This document shows positions 19,274 through 29,058 of a stretch of 64,000 nt of DNA, piece after piece; the first letter of the stretch is position 1; every line of letters starts with the position of its first letter. The position numbers and the translations under genes are program-made. Under the pieces are notes generated by a model. The model did no database searches, had not been told where the DNA came from, and saw only the letters and a program-made list of their open reading frames with translations. The stretch spans positions 186,001 through 250,000 of the IMG/VR virus record IMGVR_UViG_3300028666_000022. One strand, 5' to 3'.

Positions 19274-19909
19274 TCATTTTGTTAACAACGTAACTAAAAA
19301 TCTTTTAAGATGAGTAAAATTTGGAAGTATCTTATAATATTCAATATATTTATCACCATCTAAATCGATGATTGAAGCATTTGTTCTTTGTAATAATTTG
19401 TCTTTGATTTCATCAATATTAAATTGAAAAAATTTGTAAATATTAATGTCAACACCAAATATTTTATTTTCAGATAAGAGATATATCATCTCATTTTTAA
19501 AATTATATAATATATCTGCTTTTTCTGGTATTTTATTTAATAAGTCTTGAATGTTTTTTATTTGAGAAAATATAGGATCAACAATAATATATTCATATTT
19601 AGAAAAGAAATAAAATTGTGGTACTAAATTTATAAAATTTTCAATACCATTTACATGAGATGATTTACTTTCTTCAAAACTACATTCCCAATATAATTCA
19701 TTTGTTATTATTTTCTTTTTTAGAATATCTGCATTTTGAATAATATTATTATTTGGATTACTAGCTTTCATAAATGACCATCCTACATATAAAGTAGGTA
19801 ATCTTTTATCTAATTTATCGTATTCAATCGATTCTTTATAATAATTTATATAATCAACTTTTATGTGGTTAACTAGTTCTTTTTCATAGATAATATTAGC
19901 AAGTTTCAT
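19274..19909 (-). CDS. Hypothetical protein
   Basis: 211 aa, LPTLYVGW motif; no function recognised. Confidence 0.6.
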   Translation of the reverse strand: MKLANIIYEKELVNHIKVDYINYYKESIEYDKLDKRLPTLYVGWSFMKASNPNNNIIQNADILKKKIITNELYWECSFEESKSSHVNGIENFINLVPQFYFFSKYEYIIVDPIFSQIKNIQDLLNKIPEKADILYNFKNEMIYLLSENKIFGVDINIYKFFQFNIDEIKDKLLQRTNASIIDLDGDKYIEYYKILPNFTHLKRFLVTLLTK

Positions 19910-20152
19910 TTAAATATCATTATTTAATATATTATAAAATTTACTATTTTTATTAATTTTATTTGATTTATTTATCATTTTTTCGGTAAGTATTAAAATT
20001 TTAATTTTAAACCAACCATCAGTATCTTTATACACATAACTATAATCAGAAACTATTTCATCATTTTCTTTTTTACATTTACTTATATATTTTTTTCTTT
20101 GTTTATTTAATTCAGTTTTTGCTTTCAATTTAGTTTTGTATCTCATAAACAT
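19910..20152 (-). CDS. Small basic hypothetical protein
   Basis: 80 aa, abuts both neighbours. Confidence 0.45.
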   Translation of the reverse strand: MFMRYKTKLKAKTELNKQRKKYISKCKKENDEIVSDYSYVYKDTDGWFKIKILILTEKMINKSNKINKNSKFYNILNNDI

Positions 20153-20794
20153 TTATTTACTGTTAGCAATAAAATGTGAATAGTAGGTGCTTGTCTTTAT
20201 ATTTTTAAAATAATATTTTTCATCATCCGAAATATTATTCATATCGGTATAATACCAAGGAACATGCCTAGCACAATAAGGAATATTAGTTCTTATACTA
20301 TTAAATGATTTAAGTCTTGTACGATATAAAGAAAATGTGGTATCTGTTGCAGCATCAAAATACATATCATCTAACGGTCTTGTCCAGTATCCACCTTCTG
20401 TTTTCCTAACAAAATTACTAAATTCAATATTAGGTAAATCATCTATTCTTAAAGATAATGCACATTTTTCATATTGAGGATATTTATCTAAACCTCTTCT
20501 TAGTACATCTAAGAAATCTTTAGGAACTCCAGTTAAATCTAAATCAGAATCTGTTACTATGTATTCATCATCTATTCCCAATTTAAATAATATTCCAGCA
20601 TCCCAAATAACTGTGTGACCAAAATTATGATCTAATAAAACCGTTTCATATTTACAATTTTTATAATAATCTAATAATGGTTGATATGTACTTGCATTGT
20701 CTATAAAAATAGGATCTACCCCACAATTATGTAAATAATCTGCCATTTTCATTGGCAACAATAATCGATTATTATTTATTATTAATGCTTTCAA
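20153..20794 (-). CDS. Glycosyltransferase family 2-like (GT-A fold), TTG start
   Basis: FIDNASTY, HNFGH, YIVTDSDL (DxD), DTTFSLY, HVPWY. Confidence 0.7.
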   Translation of the reverse strand: MKALIINNNRLLLPMKMADYLHNCGVDPIFIDNASTYQPLLDYYKNCKYETVLLDHNFGHTVIWDAGILFKLGIDDEYIVTDSDLDLTGVPKDFLDVLRRGLDKYPQYEKCALSLRIDDLPNIEFSNFVRKTEGGYWTRPLDDMYFDAATDTTFSLYRTRLKSFNSIRTNIPYCARHVPWYYTDMNNISDDEKYYFKNIKTSTYYSHFIANSK

Positions 20795-20808
20795 AATATT
20801 TTAAAATT

Positions 20809-21042
20809 TTAATATATAATATCCTTATCATTAATGCCTAACCAAAGCGTTCTTTGTAATACATCAATCATTTCTGGATTTCCATTACTATAACCACCAT
20901 TACTAAAAATATGCCAACCAGTTTTTCTTAAATAATTAACCATTTCTTCATCACATAAATTTATTTCTACATGATACTTATAATTTTCCCAACCATTTGG
21001 TAAAATTTCAGTATTTGTCATTCTAGGATCAAAAAAACTCAT
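20809..21042 (-). CDS. Hypothetical protein
   Basis: 77-aa ORF in operon. Confidence 0.5.
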   Translation of the reverse strand: MSFFDPRMTNTEILPNGWENYKYHVEINLCDEEMVNYLRKTGWHIFSNGGYSNGNPEMIDVLQRTLWLGINDKDIIY

Positions 21043-21043
21043 T

Positions 21044-21469
21044 TTATTTATTTTTAATTAATAATAAACCTTCATATAATCCAATTTCGAGTGCTTCTTC
21101 ATAAGAATCATAAGTAACATCATTTTTATCAAGATTAATAAACGCATAGAATTGTTTATAATTTACATAAAGATGATATTTACATTCAGAATTTTCATTA
21201 GTAGAATCAATTGCAAATGGAACTATAACAATTTGAATATTGTGTTTTTCTCTTAACCATTTTTGTAATAAACTCTGTTCTGGTGCTGCAATATATCCTC
21301 TATATTCTACACCATAATATCCACATAAATTAGAATAAACTTTCCATAAAGAGGGACTTCTTTCTTCATTATTAACAACAGGAATTCTATATTCCATTAC
21401 AGTTTCTTCATCAAATCCAACTTCTTTAGCTAATACTGCAGTTTTGTGTTCAATTATTTGGTTTTCCAT
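21044..21469 (-). CDS. Phage hypothetical protein
   Basis: TAVLAKEVGF...APEQSLLQKWLREKHNI...YDSYEEALEIGL; start taken as MENQ. Confidence 0.6.
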   Translation of the reverse strand: MENQIIEHKTAVLAKEVGFDEETVMEYRIPVVNNEERSPSLWKVYSNLCGYYGVEYRGYIAAPEQSLLQKWLREKHNIQIVIVPFAIDSTNENSECKYHLYVNYKQFYAFINLDKNDVTYDSYEEALEIGLYEGLLLIKNK

Positions 21470-21470
21470 T

Positions 21471-22091
21471 TTAATTATCATTCATTATTATTTCTTTATA
21501 TTCTTCAAAACTAACTAGTTGTAATAATTCTTTTCTATTTTTATCAAAATCTTCCCAATTAAGATTGTAGATATTATAATCTAACATTTTATTTTCTAAA
21601 ATATTTCTCTTCGTAATAATAGTACATCCCCAATCTTCATCAACAACAAAACAACTCCAATCTTTTAACTCATGTTTAATTAAAACAACTGCTTTATATA
21701 CATCACCATTCCATTGTCCTTTTGTTTTTAAATATTCTTCATAAGATCTTGCATGATATTCTGTTGGTGGATTACAATCGTGCATTATTATAAATCCACC
21801 TTCATTAAGACATTTTATTGCGTTATAGACATCCTTATATGATTGTTCTGCAGTATGCATTCCATCCACAAATATAACATCATATTTATTATTACCTACT
21901 CTATTATAAAAGAAATTATCACTAGTAGTAATATATGTACAATTACCAATAGGATTTGGATCTACCGATTCTTTTATTAAAGAATTTATTTTATCGAAAT
22001 TTTCTTCTGGCCTCTCTACACCAATTTCAAGATAGGTTTGAAAATTATACTTTTCAAATAGTAGATTAATTATTTCTGTTCTAGTTGTCAT
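21471..22091 (-). CDS. Class I SAM-dependent methyltransferase (Methyltransf_24-like)
   Basis: YLEIGV, SVDP, YDVIFVDGMH, GGFIIMHD. Confidence 0.85.
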   Translation of the reverse strand: MTTRTEIINLLFEKYNFQTYLEIGVERPEENFDKINSLIKESVDPNPIGNCTYITTSDNFFYNRVGNNKYDVIFVDGMHTAEQSYKDVYNAIKCLNEGGFIIMHDCNPPTEYHARSYEEYLKTKGQWNGDVYKAVVLIKHELKDWSCFVVDEDWGCTIITKRNILENKMLDYNIYNLNWEDFDKNRKELLQLVSFEEYKEIIMNDN

Positions 22092-22106
22092 AAATTTTTA
22101 TTTTAA

Positions 22107-22289
22107 TTATTCTAATTCATTATTTAATACGTTTGCCATTTCATAAAATATATGATCATATATATCACCATCAATATAATCAAATAATTCAGCAAATAAC
22201 ATATTGTTTAGATTTTTATCTAATCTTACTAAATGATTAAAAATATCATTTTCAAGATCACATATTATATCTTCTGTGTTTCTAAACAT
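22107..22289 (-). CDS. Small acidic hypothetical protein
   Basis: 60 aa, translationally coupled to its neighbour. Confidence 0.45.
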   Translation of the reverse strand: MFRNTEDIICDLENDIFNHLVRLDKNLNNMLFAELFDYIDGDIYDHIFYEMANVLNNELE

Positions 22290-22489
22290 TATTTTAATTC
22301 TTCATCTAGTATATTATTCATTTCAAAATCTAAATATTCTATATTTAAATCATTCCACATGTTACATATATTAACATTCATATTATTATTTAATATATTA
22401 TGTATATTCTTAATTAATTCAACATTTAAGTTTTTAATATAATTAAAATCATAAGAAGATATTTTTTCATTTTCAAATTTATTTTTCAT
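22289..22489 (-). CDS. Small Asn-rich/acidic hypothetical protein
   Basis: 66 aa ending EMNNILDEELK, similar to the end of 22107..22289. Confidence 0.45.
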   Translation of the reverse strand: MKNKFENEKISSYDFNYIKNLNVELIKNIHNILNNNMNVNICNMWNDLNIEYLDFEMNNILDEELK

Positions 22490-22511
22490 AACCCAAAATT
22501 AAATAATATTT

Positions 22512-23222
22512 TCATTTAATTCCATGTTTATTAAAAATATTTTCAATTATTTTAATATCTTCTTGATTTAACTCAGCTTCACCATATATTGATTTATGCC
22601 AATCTTTAAGTAATTTTCCATGTTCCATCACATGTCCGAGAGCAACTACAAAATTATTTACTGGAAGTAATATTGCTGCATTATCATATTTTGCAGTATC
22701 TCTAGTTTCCCATTGCCAAGGATTTATATTCTGAACTAAATATTTTTTAAAATATGATGTTTTCCATATTGAATATTGTAATGATAGTCGATAATCAGCA
22801 TTTTGATTTATTTCAGAAATATTATAATTACCAAAATTTTTAATACAACTACTTCCACCATAGAAATCTGAAGGTGTTTTTGTTAACCACATTCTTCCAA
22901 AATTTGGAATTTCTTTAATGGTTTTAATTATTTGATCTAAAAAATCATTATTAAATTCAGTAGTAACAACACAATCATCATTACCATAAATGAAATATTC
23001 ATCATTGAAATCATTAAAAAATTTAATTAAATCATTACTAAAATTCTGTGCTCCGGTATCTTCACCTAATGATATGAATTTCCAATTACCTAAATCAAAA
23101 TCTAATGTTTTATATCCTAAAACTGTAATATCTAATTCAGAACCACCAAATTTATCTAATGAATATTTATTAGCTTCTAAAATATTACGATATTTATCAC
23201 ATGTGGGAATTATTATTTTCAT
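22512..23222 (-). CDS. Putative glycosyltransferase (GT-A-like)
   Basis: IIIPTCDKY, YFIYGNDD, SLQYSIWK, NPWQWE; glycan-cluster context. Confidence 0.55.
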   Translation of the reverse strand: MKIIIPTCDKYRNILEANKYSLDKFGGSELDITVLGYKTLDFDLGNWKFISLGEDTGAQNFSNDLIKFFNDFNDEYFIYGNDDCVVTTEFNNDFLDQIIKTIKEIPNFGRMWLTKTPSDFYGGSSCIKNFGNYNISEINQNADYRLSLQYSIWKTSYFKKYLVQNINPWQWETRDTAKYDNAAILLPVNNFVVALGHVMEHGKLLKDWHKSIYGEAELNQEDIKIIENIFNKHGIK

Positions 23223-23233
23223 AAAAAATATAA

Positions 23234-24211
23234 TTATTTCTTATCTTTAAGAATATTCATCCAATTATTCACCATATCTTTCATTAATTCTTCCACTGTT
23301 TGTTCTGGTTTCCAATTAAGAATAGTTTTAGCTTTAGTTGCATCACCTCGCAAATATGGTAATTCTTCTGAACGTAAATATATTGGATTTTGTACAACAT
23401 AATCTTTATAGTCCATATCTAAATATTTAAATACCATATCACATATTTCTCTAATTGATGTTGCTATTCCTGTTGCAATTACAAAATCATCAGGAACTTC
23501 ATGATTTACTATTTTCCACATAGCTTTAACATAATCAACACTAGAACCAAAATCCCTATATGTATCTAAATTACCTAATTCAATATTTTTTCTTAATCCC
23601 AATTTAATTTCTACCGCTTGCTTACATATTTTTTGTTCAACAAAATTTGAACCCCTTCTTACACCAGTGTGGTTAAAGAGAATTCCCACACATGCATGTA
23701 AATTATATGCTCTTCTAAAATGACGAACTAAATTAATTGAAGCAACTTTACTTATTCCATAAGGACTTGTTGGATTAAAAGGGGTGGTTTCTCTTTGATA
23801 TAAATCTTCATCTACATTTAAACCAAATGATTCTGAGCTTCCAGCAAAATAATATTTAGCATCAGGACAAATTAATTTATATCCCTCTAAAATATTTTGA
23901 TTTCCCTTAAAATTAACATCCATTACATAGGTTGGCACGTCAAAACTGACTCGTACATGGCTCATAGCCGCTAAATTAAAAATATAATCAGGATTTGAGT
24001 TTTTTAAAAATCTATTAACTGATACTGAATCAGTAACATCGCCATATTCACAATGAATTAAATTTTTAATGTGTTCTAATCTATATTGTTGATTTTCGGC
24101 AACACTATGTCTTCTGACCATTCCATATATGTTATGACCCATCGATAATAAGTAATCAGTTAGGTTACTGCCGTCCATGCCTGAAATTCCAAACAATGCA
24201 ATATTACTCAT
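23234..24211 (-). CDS. gmd: GDP-mannose 4,6-dehydratase
   Basis: GISGMDGS, NLAAMSHVRVSF, GSSESFG, ETTPFNPTSPYGISK, GILFNH, LGNLDTYRDFG. Confidence 0.92.
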   Translation of the reverse strand: MSNIALFGISGMDGSNLTDYLLSMGHNIYGMVRRHSVAENQQYRLEHIKNLIHCEYGDVTDSVSVNRFLKNSNPDYIFNLAAMSHVRVSFDVPTYVMDVNFKGNQNILEGYKLICPDAKYYFAGSSESFGLNVDEDLYQRETTPFNPTSPYGISKVASINLVRHFRRAYNLHACVGILFNHTGVRRGSNFVEQKICKQAVEIKLGLRKNIELGNLDTYRDFGSSVDYVKAMWKIVNHEVPDDFVIATGIATSIREICDMVFKYLDMDYKDYVVQNPIYLRSEELPYLRGDATKAKTILNWKPEQTVEELMKDMVNNWMNILKDKK

Positions 24212-24238
24212 GTTTATATTATTTATAATTTAATTTTA

Positions 24239-25096
24239 TTAAGATGCTATATCTAAAGTATGTTTTTTACCACATCTTTTACATTTAAAAATTTCTAATT
24301 CAAATTTTTCTAAATTACGATGAATATCATCTATTAATTTTGTTTCAATAGGTTCATCATTTAACCAATCAATATCAGATTCTAAATTTAATAATTCTGG
24401 ACAAAAACACCAATCTGGATTATTCTTAATTTCTTCTTCTAATTGATATTTTTTTCTTATTTCTTTATTTAATTTCTTTTTGTTACTCATTTTATTATTT
24501 TTAAATATATCCATATTAGTTAAATCAGGCCAATCAGTAACAACCCATTGTTTAGGTGGAGTATTAATAGCATTATCTAATCTTTCTAATCCCAATTGTG
24601 CTGCTTCCGGTGTTAAATAATAGTGATAACCAATAGTATCAATATTTTGTTCTCTCCAAGGTATATCAGGTAATCTACCATCATATGAATTTTTTTTCAA
24701 TTCTAATGCAGCTTCTTTATTATCTGTTAAAATTATTCCAGCACGTCCAATTTTCAAATGTTTTCTATATTGGAAAGACAGTGACATGAAAGTATTTGGA
24801 ATATAACTATTTCTTTTCCAAAGAACTGCAGCATCAATTACTTTTTTAGTTAAATAATAATAATCAACCCAATTTTCATCTTTCCATTCTAAATTAATAT
24901 TTAATTTATGTGCTAAAAAGGGAATTGATAAATATGTTCTTTTAGGAACTGTTATTTTGGTTGCCTTTGTATGTCTTAAACATAATTCAATACCATGTGT
25001 ACATGAATCAACAGCAATTGCATATGGAGATCCAAAAAACTCACATATTTTATCTTCAAATAATTTTACTGTTTCAAAATTTATATTATTATTCAT
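24239..25096 (-). CDS. Short DegT/DnrJ/EryC1/StrS PLP aminotransferase with an unrelated C-terminal CxC/CxxC extension
   Basis: FEDKICEFFG, AVDSCTHGI, IDAAV, SFQYRKHLKIGRAG (PLP Lys), GYHYYL; second ATG at 24490 starts the extension. Confidence 0.8.
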   Translation of the reverse strand: MNNNINFETVKLFEDKICEFFGSPYAIAVDSCTHGIELCLRHTKATKITVPKRTYLSIPFLAHKLNINLEWKDENWVDYYYLTKKVIDAAVLWKRNSYIPNTFMSLSFQYRKHLKIGRAGIILTDNKEAALELKKNSYDGRLPDIPWREQNIDTIGYHYYLTPEAAQLGLERLDNAINTPPKQWVVTDWPDLTNMDIFKNNKMSNKKKLNKEIRKKYQLEEEIKNNPDWCFCPELLNLESDIDWLNDEPIETKLIDDIHRNLEKFELEIFKCKRCGKKHTLDIAS

Positions 25097-25112
25097 TAGG
25101 TTTTTAATGATT

Positions 25113-25292
25113 TTAATTATTTAAATCTCTATCTAATTCATTACTTATTTCAAACAATTGTTGATTATCACTCACCCAAATTTCCCGATAAATTTCATCA
25201 TTCAATTTTAAAATTAAATCACAATATAACTCAATACTTATTTGTTCACAATATAATATTTGTTCCTTATTTTCAACTAAATAATGAATCAT
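25113..25292 (-). CDS. Small acidic hypothetical protein (59 aa)
   Basis: Hand translation MIHYLVENKEQILYCEQ...QLFEISNELDRDLNN; below the ORF-track cutoff. Confidence 0.4.
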   Translation of the reverse strand: MIHYLVENKEQILYCEQISIELYCDLILKLNDEIYREIWVSDNQQLFEISNELDRDLNN

Positions 25293-25294
25293 TT

Positions 25295-25492
25295 TTAATC
25301 TTTATTATTATCTTTTTTCTGAAAATCACCATCTGCATCACAATGTGACGGAGGATATCCAAGCTTTTTCAAACTATAGTGACGTAAAATTCTTTGTATT
25401 ATATTATAAATACCAGTAAAGATACCACCAATTAAAAACATAAATCCTAACCAAATCCAAAAATCACTAAAAATAAATTTTAATTCTTCCAT
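25295..25492 (-). CDS. Small membrane protein
   Basis: One TM segment followed by GYPPSHCDADGDF. Confidence 0.6.
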   Translation of the reverse strand: MEELKFIFSDFWIWLGFMFLIGGIFTGIYNIIQRILRHYSLKKLGYPPSHCDADGDFQKKDNNKD

Positions 25493-25509
25493 AATAATAT
25501 ATTTTATAA

Positions 25510-25647
25510 TTAAATTTCAACTAATATTTCATCATTTTCTAATATAATTATATTTTTAATACGATTTTCTTCGCCAGTTTCATTATTTATTTCAGGTAAT
25601 GAATTTATTTTCTTTTTTAAATTTTTAATTGAAATACTATTTTCCAT
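25510..25647 (-). CDS. Small hypothetical protein (45 aa)
   Basis: Hand translation MENSISIKNLKKKINSLPE...EILVEI; fills the operon gap. Confidence 0.4.
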   Translation of the reverse strand: MENSISIKNLKKKINSLPEINNETGEENRIKNIIILENDEILVEI

Positions 25648-25659
25648 AATTATAATTTT

Positions 25660-26085
25660 TTATAAATATTCTTTTTTAAAAAATAATCTCTTATACCAAG
25701 ATAACTTAGAAAATTTATCTAATATTTTATTGGTATTATTTTTAATTATTTCATCTATTTCTTCTTGTTTTAATTTTTCGTGTTCTTCTTTTAAATTAGA
25801 TATTAAATCAATACTTTCTTCTAAAATTAAACACATTGTCCCATTATCAATAGCAATAGGAATTCGTTTTCCTTTTAATTTATTAAGATTATTCCACGAT
25901 ACAATATCACATTTAATATCATTAACTAAATCTTTACCGTAACTTATTTTGTGAGCTAATAATATTTTTTCACGATCATAATTTTTAACTCCATCAATCA
26001 TGAGTTTTGTATGTCCACATCCCCTTGTATTCAGATAATAGTCATATAATATTATAAGTTTTTCTAATGTTTTAGTTTCTTCCAT
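25660..26085 (-). CDS. Hypothetical protein
   Basis: 141 aa, TRGCGHT...PIAIDN. Confidence 0.55.
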   Translation of the reverse strand: MEETKTLEKLIILYDYYLNTRGCGHTKLMIDGVKNYDREKILLAHKISYGKDLVNDIKCDIVSWNNLNKLKGKRIPIAIDNGTMCLILEESIDLISNLKEEHEKLKQEEIDEIIKNNTNKILDKFSKLSWYKRLFFKKEYL

Positions 26086-26097
26086 GATAATTTATCA

Positions 26098-27821
26098 TTA
26101 AATAATATTATGTTCTCTTAAAATTTTCTCAATATTATCATAATCAAAATACGCAATTCTAATTAATTTAATATTTTTATCTTTAGCAAATTTATTTTTT
26201 ATTTCATCATTAATTTGTAGTTCTTTAAATTTTTCTTCTCCACCGAAATGTTTAATAATTTTATAATGTTGTATACCGTCAAATTCAATTAGAATGTTTT
26301 GTTCTGGTAAATAAAAATCAAATGGTAAAGATTTTTTATTTCTGCAATTTTCAAATTTTTTTTGATAAATAAAATTTATATTATTTTCTTTTAAAATTTC
26401 AGAAATTTTATTTTCACCCTTTGATTCGTTACATTTAGGACAACAATTATCACGATTTATAAAATTAATGTAACTTACATACCAAATATGATTATCTTTA
26501 TTACATCTTAAATGAATTTTTGTTTGATTATTTTTATATAAAAATTTTTCTATTAATTCATAATTTTTCTTTTTGCATTTATTTAGAACATTTTTTTCTG
26601 CTTCTTCTTGTGTTATTTTTAAAACATTAACACATTTAGAACATCCATGATCTTGACTCACAAAACTACTATAAATTGTTTTCCATATATAATTATCTTT
26701 TTTACATTTTAAATAAATAGTTGTTTCATTATTCACATATATAAAATTTTCAACTAATTCATAGTTTTTTTCTTTACATTTTTTCAAAACTTTTTCTTCA
26801 GCTTCTTGTTGTGTTATTTTTATACTATTTCCACATTTAGGACAACCTTGATTTTGATTAATAAAATTATCATATTTAACATTCCACACATAATTATCTT
26901 TATTACATTTTAAATGAATTTTTGTTTGGTTATTTTCATATGAAAAGTTTTCAACTAAGGTATAGTTTTTTTCTATACATTTTTTTCTGCTTCTCCTTGT
27001 GTTATTTTTGAAACATTACCACATTTAGGACATCCACTTTTATTATGAATAAAACTATCGTATGTTGGTGTCCATTTATACTCATCAATAGTACATTTTA
27101 AATGAATTTTTGTTTTTGTACCTTTATAAATAAATTTATCAAATAAAACATATTTTTTTTCTTTACATTTTTCTAAAACTCTTTCTTCGGCTTCTTGTTG
27201 TGTTATTTTTAAATTTCCATTACATTTAGGACAACCTTGATTTTTATTTATAAATTTATTATATCTTACAAACCATTCATGTTTATCTTTATTACATTTT
27301 AAATGAATTTTTGTTTTATGGTTTTTATAAATAAAATTTTCAACTAATATATAGTTTTTTTCTTTGCACTTTATTAAAACTTTTTTCTCTGCTTCTTCTT
27401 GTGTTATTAATGGTCTATTACCACATTTAGGACATCCACTTTTACTATGAATAAAACTATCATAAATTATATTCCATATATAATTATCTTTATTACATTT
27501 TAAGTGAATTATAGTATCGTTATTAACATATATAAAATTTTTAATTAATTCATAATTTTTTTCTTTACATTTCTCTAAAACTTTTTGTTCGGCTTCTTGT
27601 TGTGTTAATCTTAAGTTTCCACTACATTTAGGGCATCCTTGATTCTTACTAAGAAAATTATTATAAGTTACATACCAATCATACTTATCTTTGTTACATT
27701 TTAAATGAATTTTTGTTTTATTATTTTTATATGAAAAATTTTCAACAAGAATATAGTTTCTTTTCTCACACTTTTTAAAAACATTTTCTTCTGCTTCTTG
27801 TTGTGTTAATTTCTTTAACAT
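26098..27821 (-). pseudogene. Frameshift-split endonuclease: seven ~67-aa Zn-ribbon repeats plus C-terminal PD-(D/E)xK/Vsr-like nuclease
   Basis: ORFs 26973..27821 (4 CPKC repeats) and 26098..26889 (3 repeats + SKGENKI...LPFDFYLP...LIEFDGIQH) join in the -1 frame at the A7 run 26980-26986. Confidence 0.75.
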
Positions 27822-27855
27822 TAAATAATTTTAAACATAAATTTATTTTTAAATT

Positions 27856-28407
27856 TTAATAACAATATCCCAATTCCTTAGCCCCTTTTAATATTAATTC
27901 TTTATCTCTTTCACCTATTTTTCTTGCTGGACTTCCACCATAAATACACCACTGTTCAGTACTTTTTTTCAATAATGAATTTGCTGCTAAAACACTGCCC
28001 TCTGCCATTTCAACATAAGGTAATACAACAGAATTAACTCCCACTAATGAAAATCTTCTCATGATTATTTTATTACCAATAAGATTTCTATATTTTAATG
28101 GTACTATTGGATTTATTAATCCTTTTGTAAAATCATCACTTATAACCACAATTTTTGACCCCGATCCAATGTTTGTGAAGTCTTCCATAATTAATTCACC
28201 TGTAGGGCCACCTAGCACAGATACTCCATTTCCAATGTGTATATATGATCCTAATTCAGCAGAAACAGAAAAATAAACATATCCATCAATCGAAACATGA
28301 TTTTCAATTTCAACTAATTCTGGTTGTGTTATTTCACACCACTGATGGATTCTAACATCTTCACCAATTTTCTTAAAAAGATTATCATATCTATCGGTTC
28401 TTACCAT
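27856..28407 (-). CDS. Hexapeptide-repeat (LbH) acyltransferase
   Basis: IGEDVRI, HIGNGVSV, NIGSGSKI, VGVNSVVLP, YGGSPARKI. Confidence 0.85.
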   Translation of the reverse strand: MVRTDRYDNLFKKIGEDVRIHQWCEITQPELVEIENHVSIDGYVYFSVSAELGSYIHIGNGVSVLGGPTGELIMEDFTNIGSGSKIVVISDDFTKGLINPIVPLKYRNLIGNKIIMRRFSLVGVNSVVLPYVEMAEGSVLAANSLLKKSTEQWCIYGGSPARKIGERDKELILKGAKELGYCY

Positions 28408-29052
28408 TTAGATTCCTCCATCGATTTTTAAATTACTTCCACAAACATAATCATTTTCAATTAAAAAAACAATGGTTTTAAATAATTCTTCAACAGTACA
28501 AAATCTTTTTAAACCTATTTTATTTTTCGCCATTTCAATAAATTTCTCATCTACTTTTTCACCCATTCCATATTCTGTATACCCCAATTGAATTGTATTA
28601 CATGTTATTCCATATTTAGCATTTTCTTTATTTGCTGTACTTATTAATCTATCTAAAAATGCTTTTGAAGCACAATATATTGAATTCTTTGGAATGTTTT
28701 GTTCAGAAAATACTGACGATATTGCAATTATTTTACCACTTTTCTTTTCAATCATTCTAGGTAAACAAGCAGCTAATATATTAATATTTCCCATGATATT
28801 AACATTTAACATATCAATAATTGATTGATAATTATCTTCATTAATATCATTTAAAAATACATCAAATTTTTTACCAGATAAATTCAAAACAATATCAACA
28901 TCGTTGACTTCAAAAAAATGTTGTACTTGTTTTAAATTAGTAACGTCAACAATTTTACTACTTATTGCAAGTACTTCATAATTTTCCTTCAATAATGGAA
29001 TTAATTTAGAACCTAAACCACCTGTTGCACCAAAAACAGCAATTGTTTTCAT
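28408..29052 (-). CDS. Short-chain dehydrogenase/reductase (FabG-like)
   Basis: GATGGLG, NVNIMG, AISS, YCASK, GITCNTIQLG, IDGG. Confidence 0.85.
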   Translation of the reverse strand: MKTIAVFGATGGLGSKLIPLLKENYEVLAISSKIVDVTNLKQVQHFFEVNDVDIVLNLSGKKFDVFLNDINEDNYQSIIDMLNVNIMGNINILAACLPRMIEKKSGKIIAISSVFSEQNIPKNSIYCASKAFLDRLISTANKENAKYGITCNTIQLGYTEYGMGEKVDEKFIEMAKNKIGLKRFCTVEELFKTIVFLIENDYVCGSNLKIDGGI

Positions 29053-29058
29053 AAAATT

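Noticed and set aside
26098-27821. ~200-nt DNA repeats as a CRISPR array or DGR template/variable repeat pair
   Set aside because: The repeats are in-frame protein repeats with no spacer structure and no adenine-specific mismatch pattern; no reverse transcriptase or cas gene is in the window.
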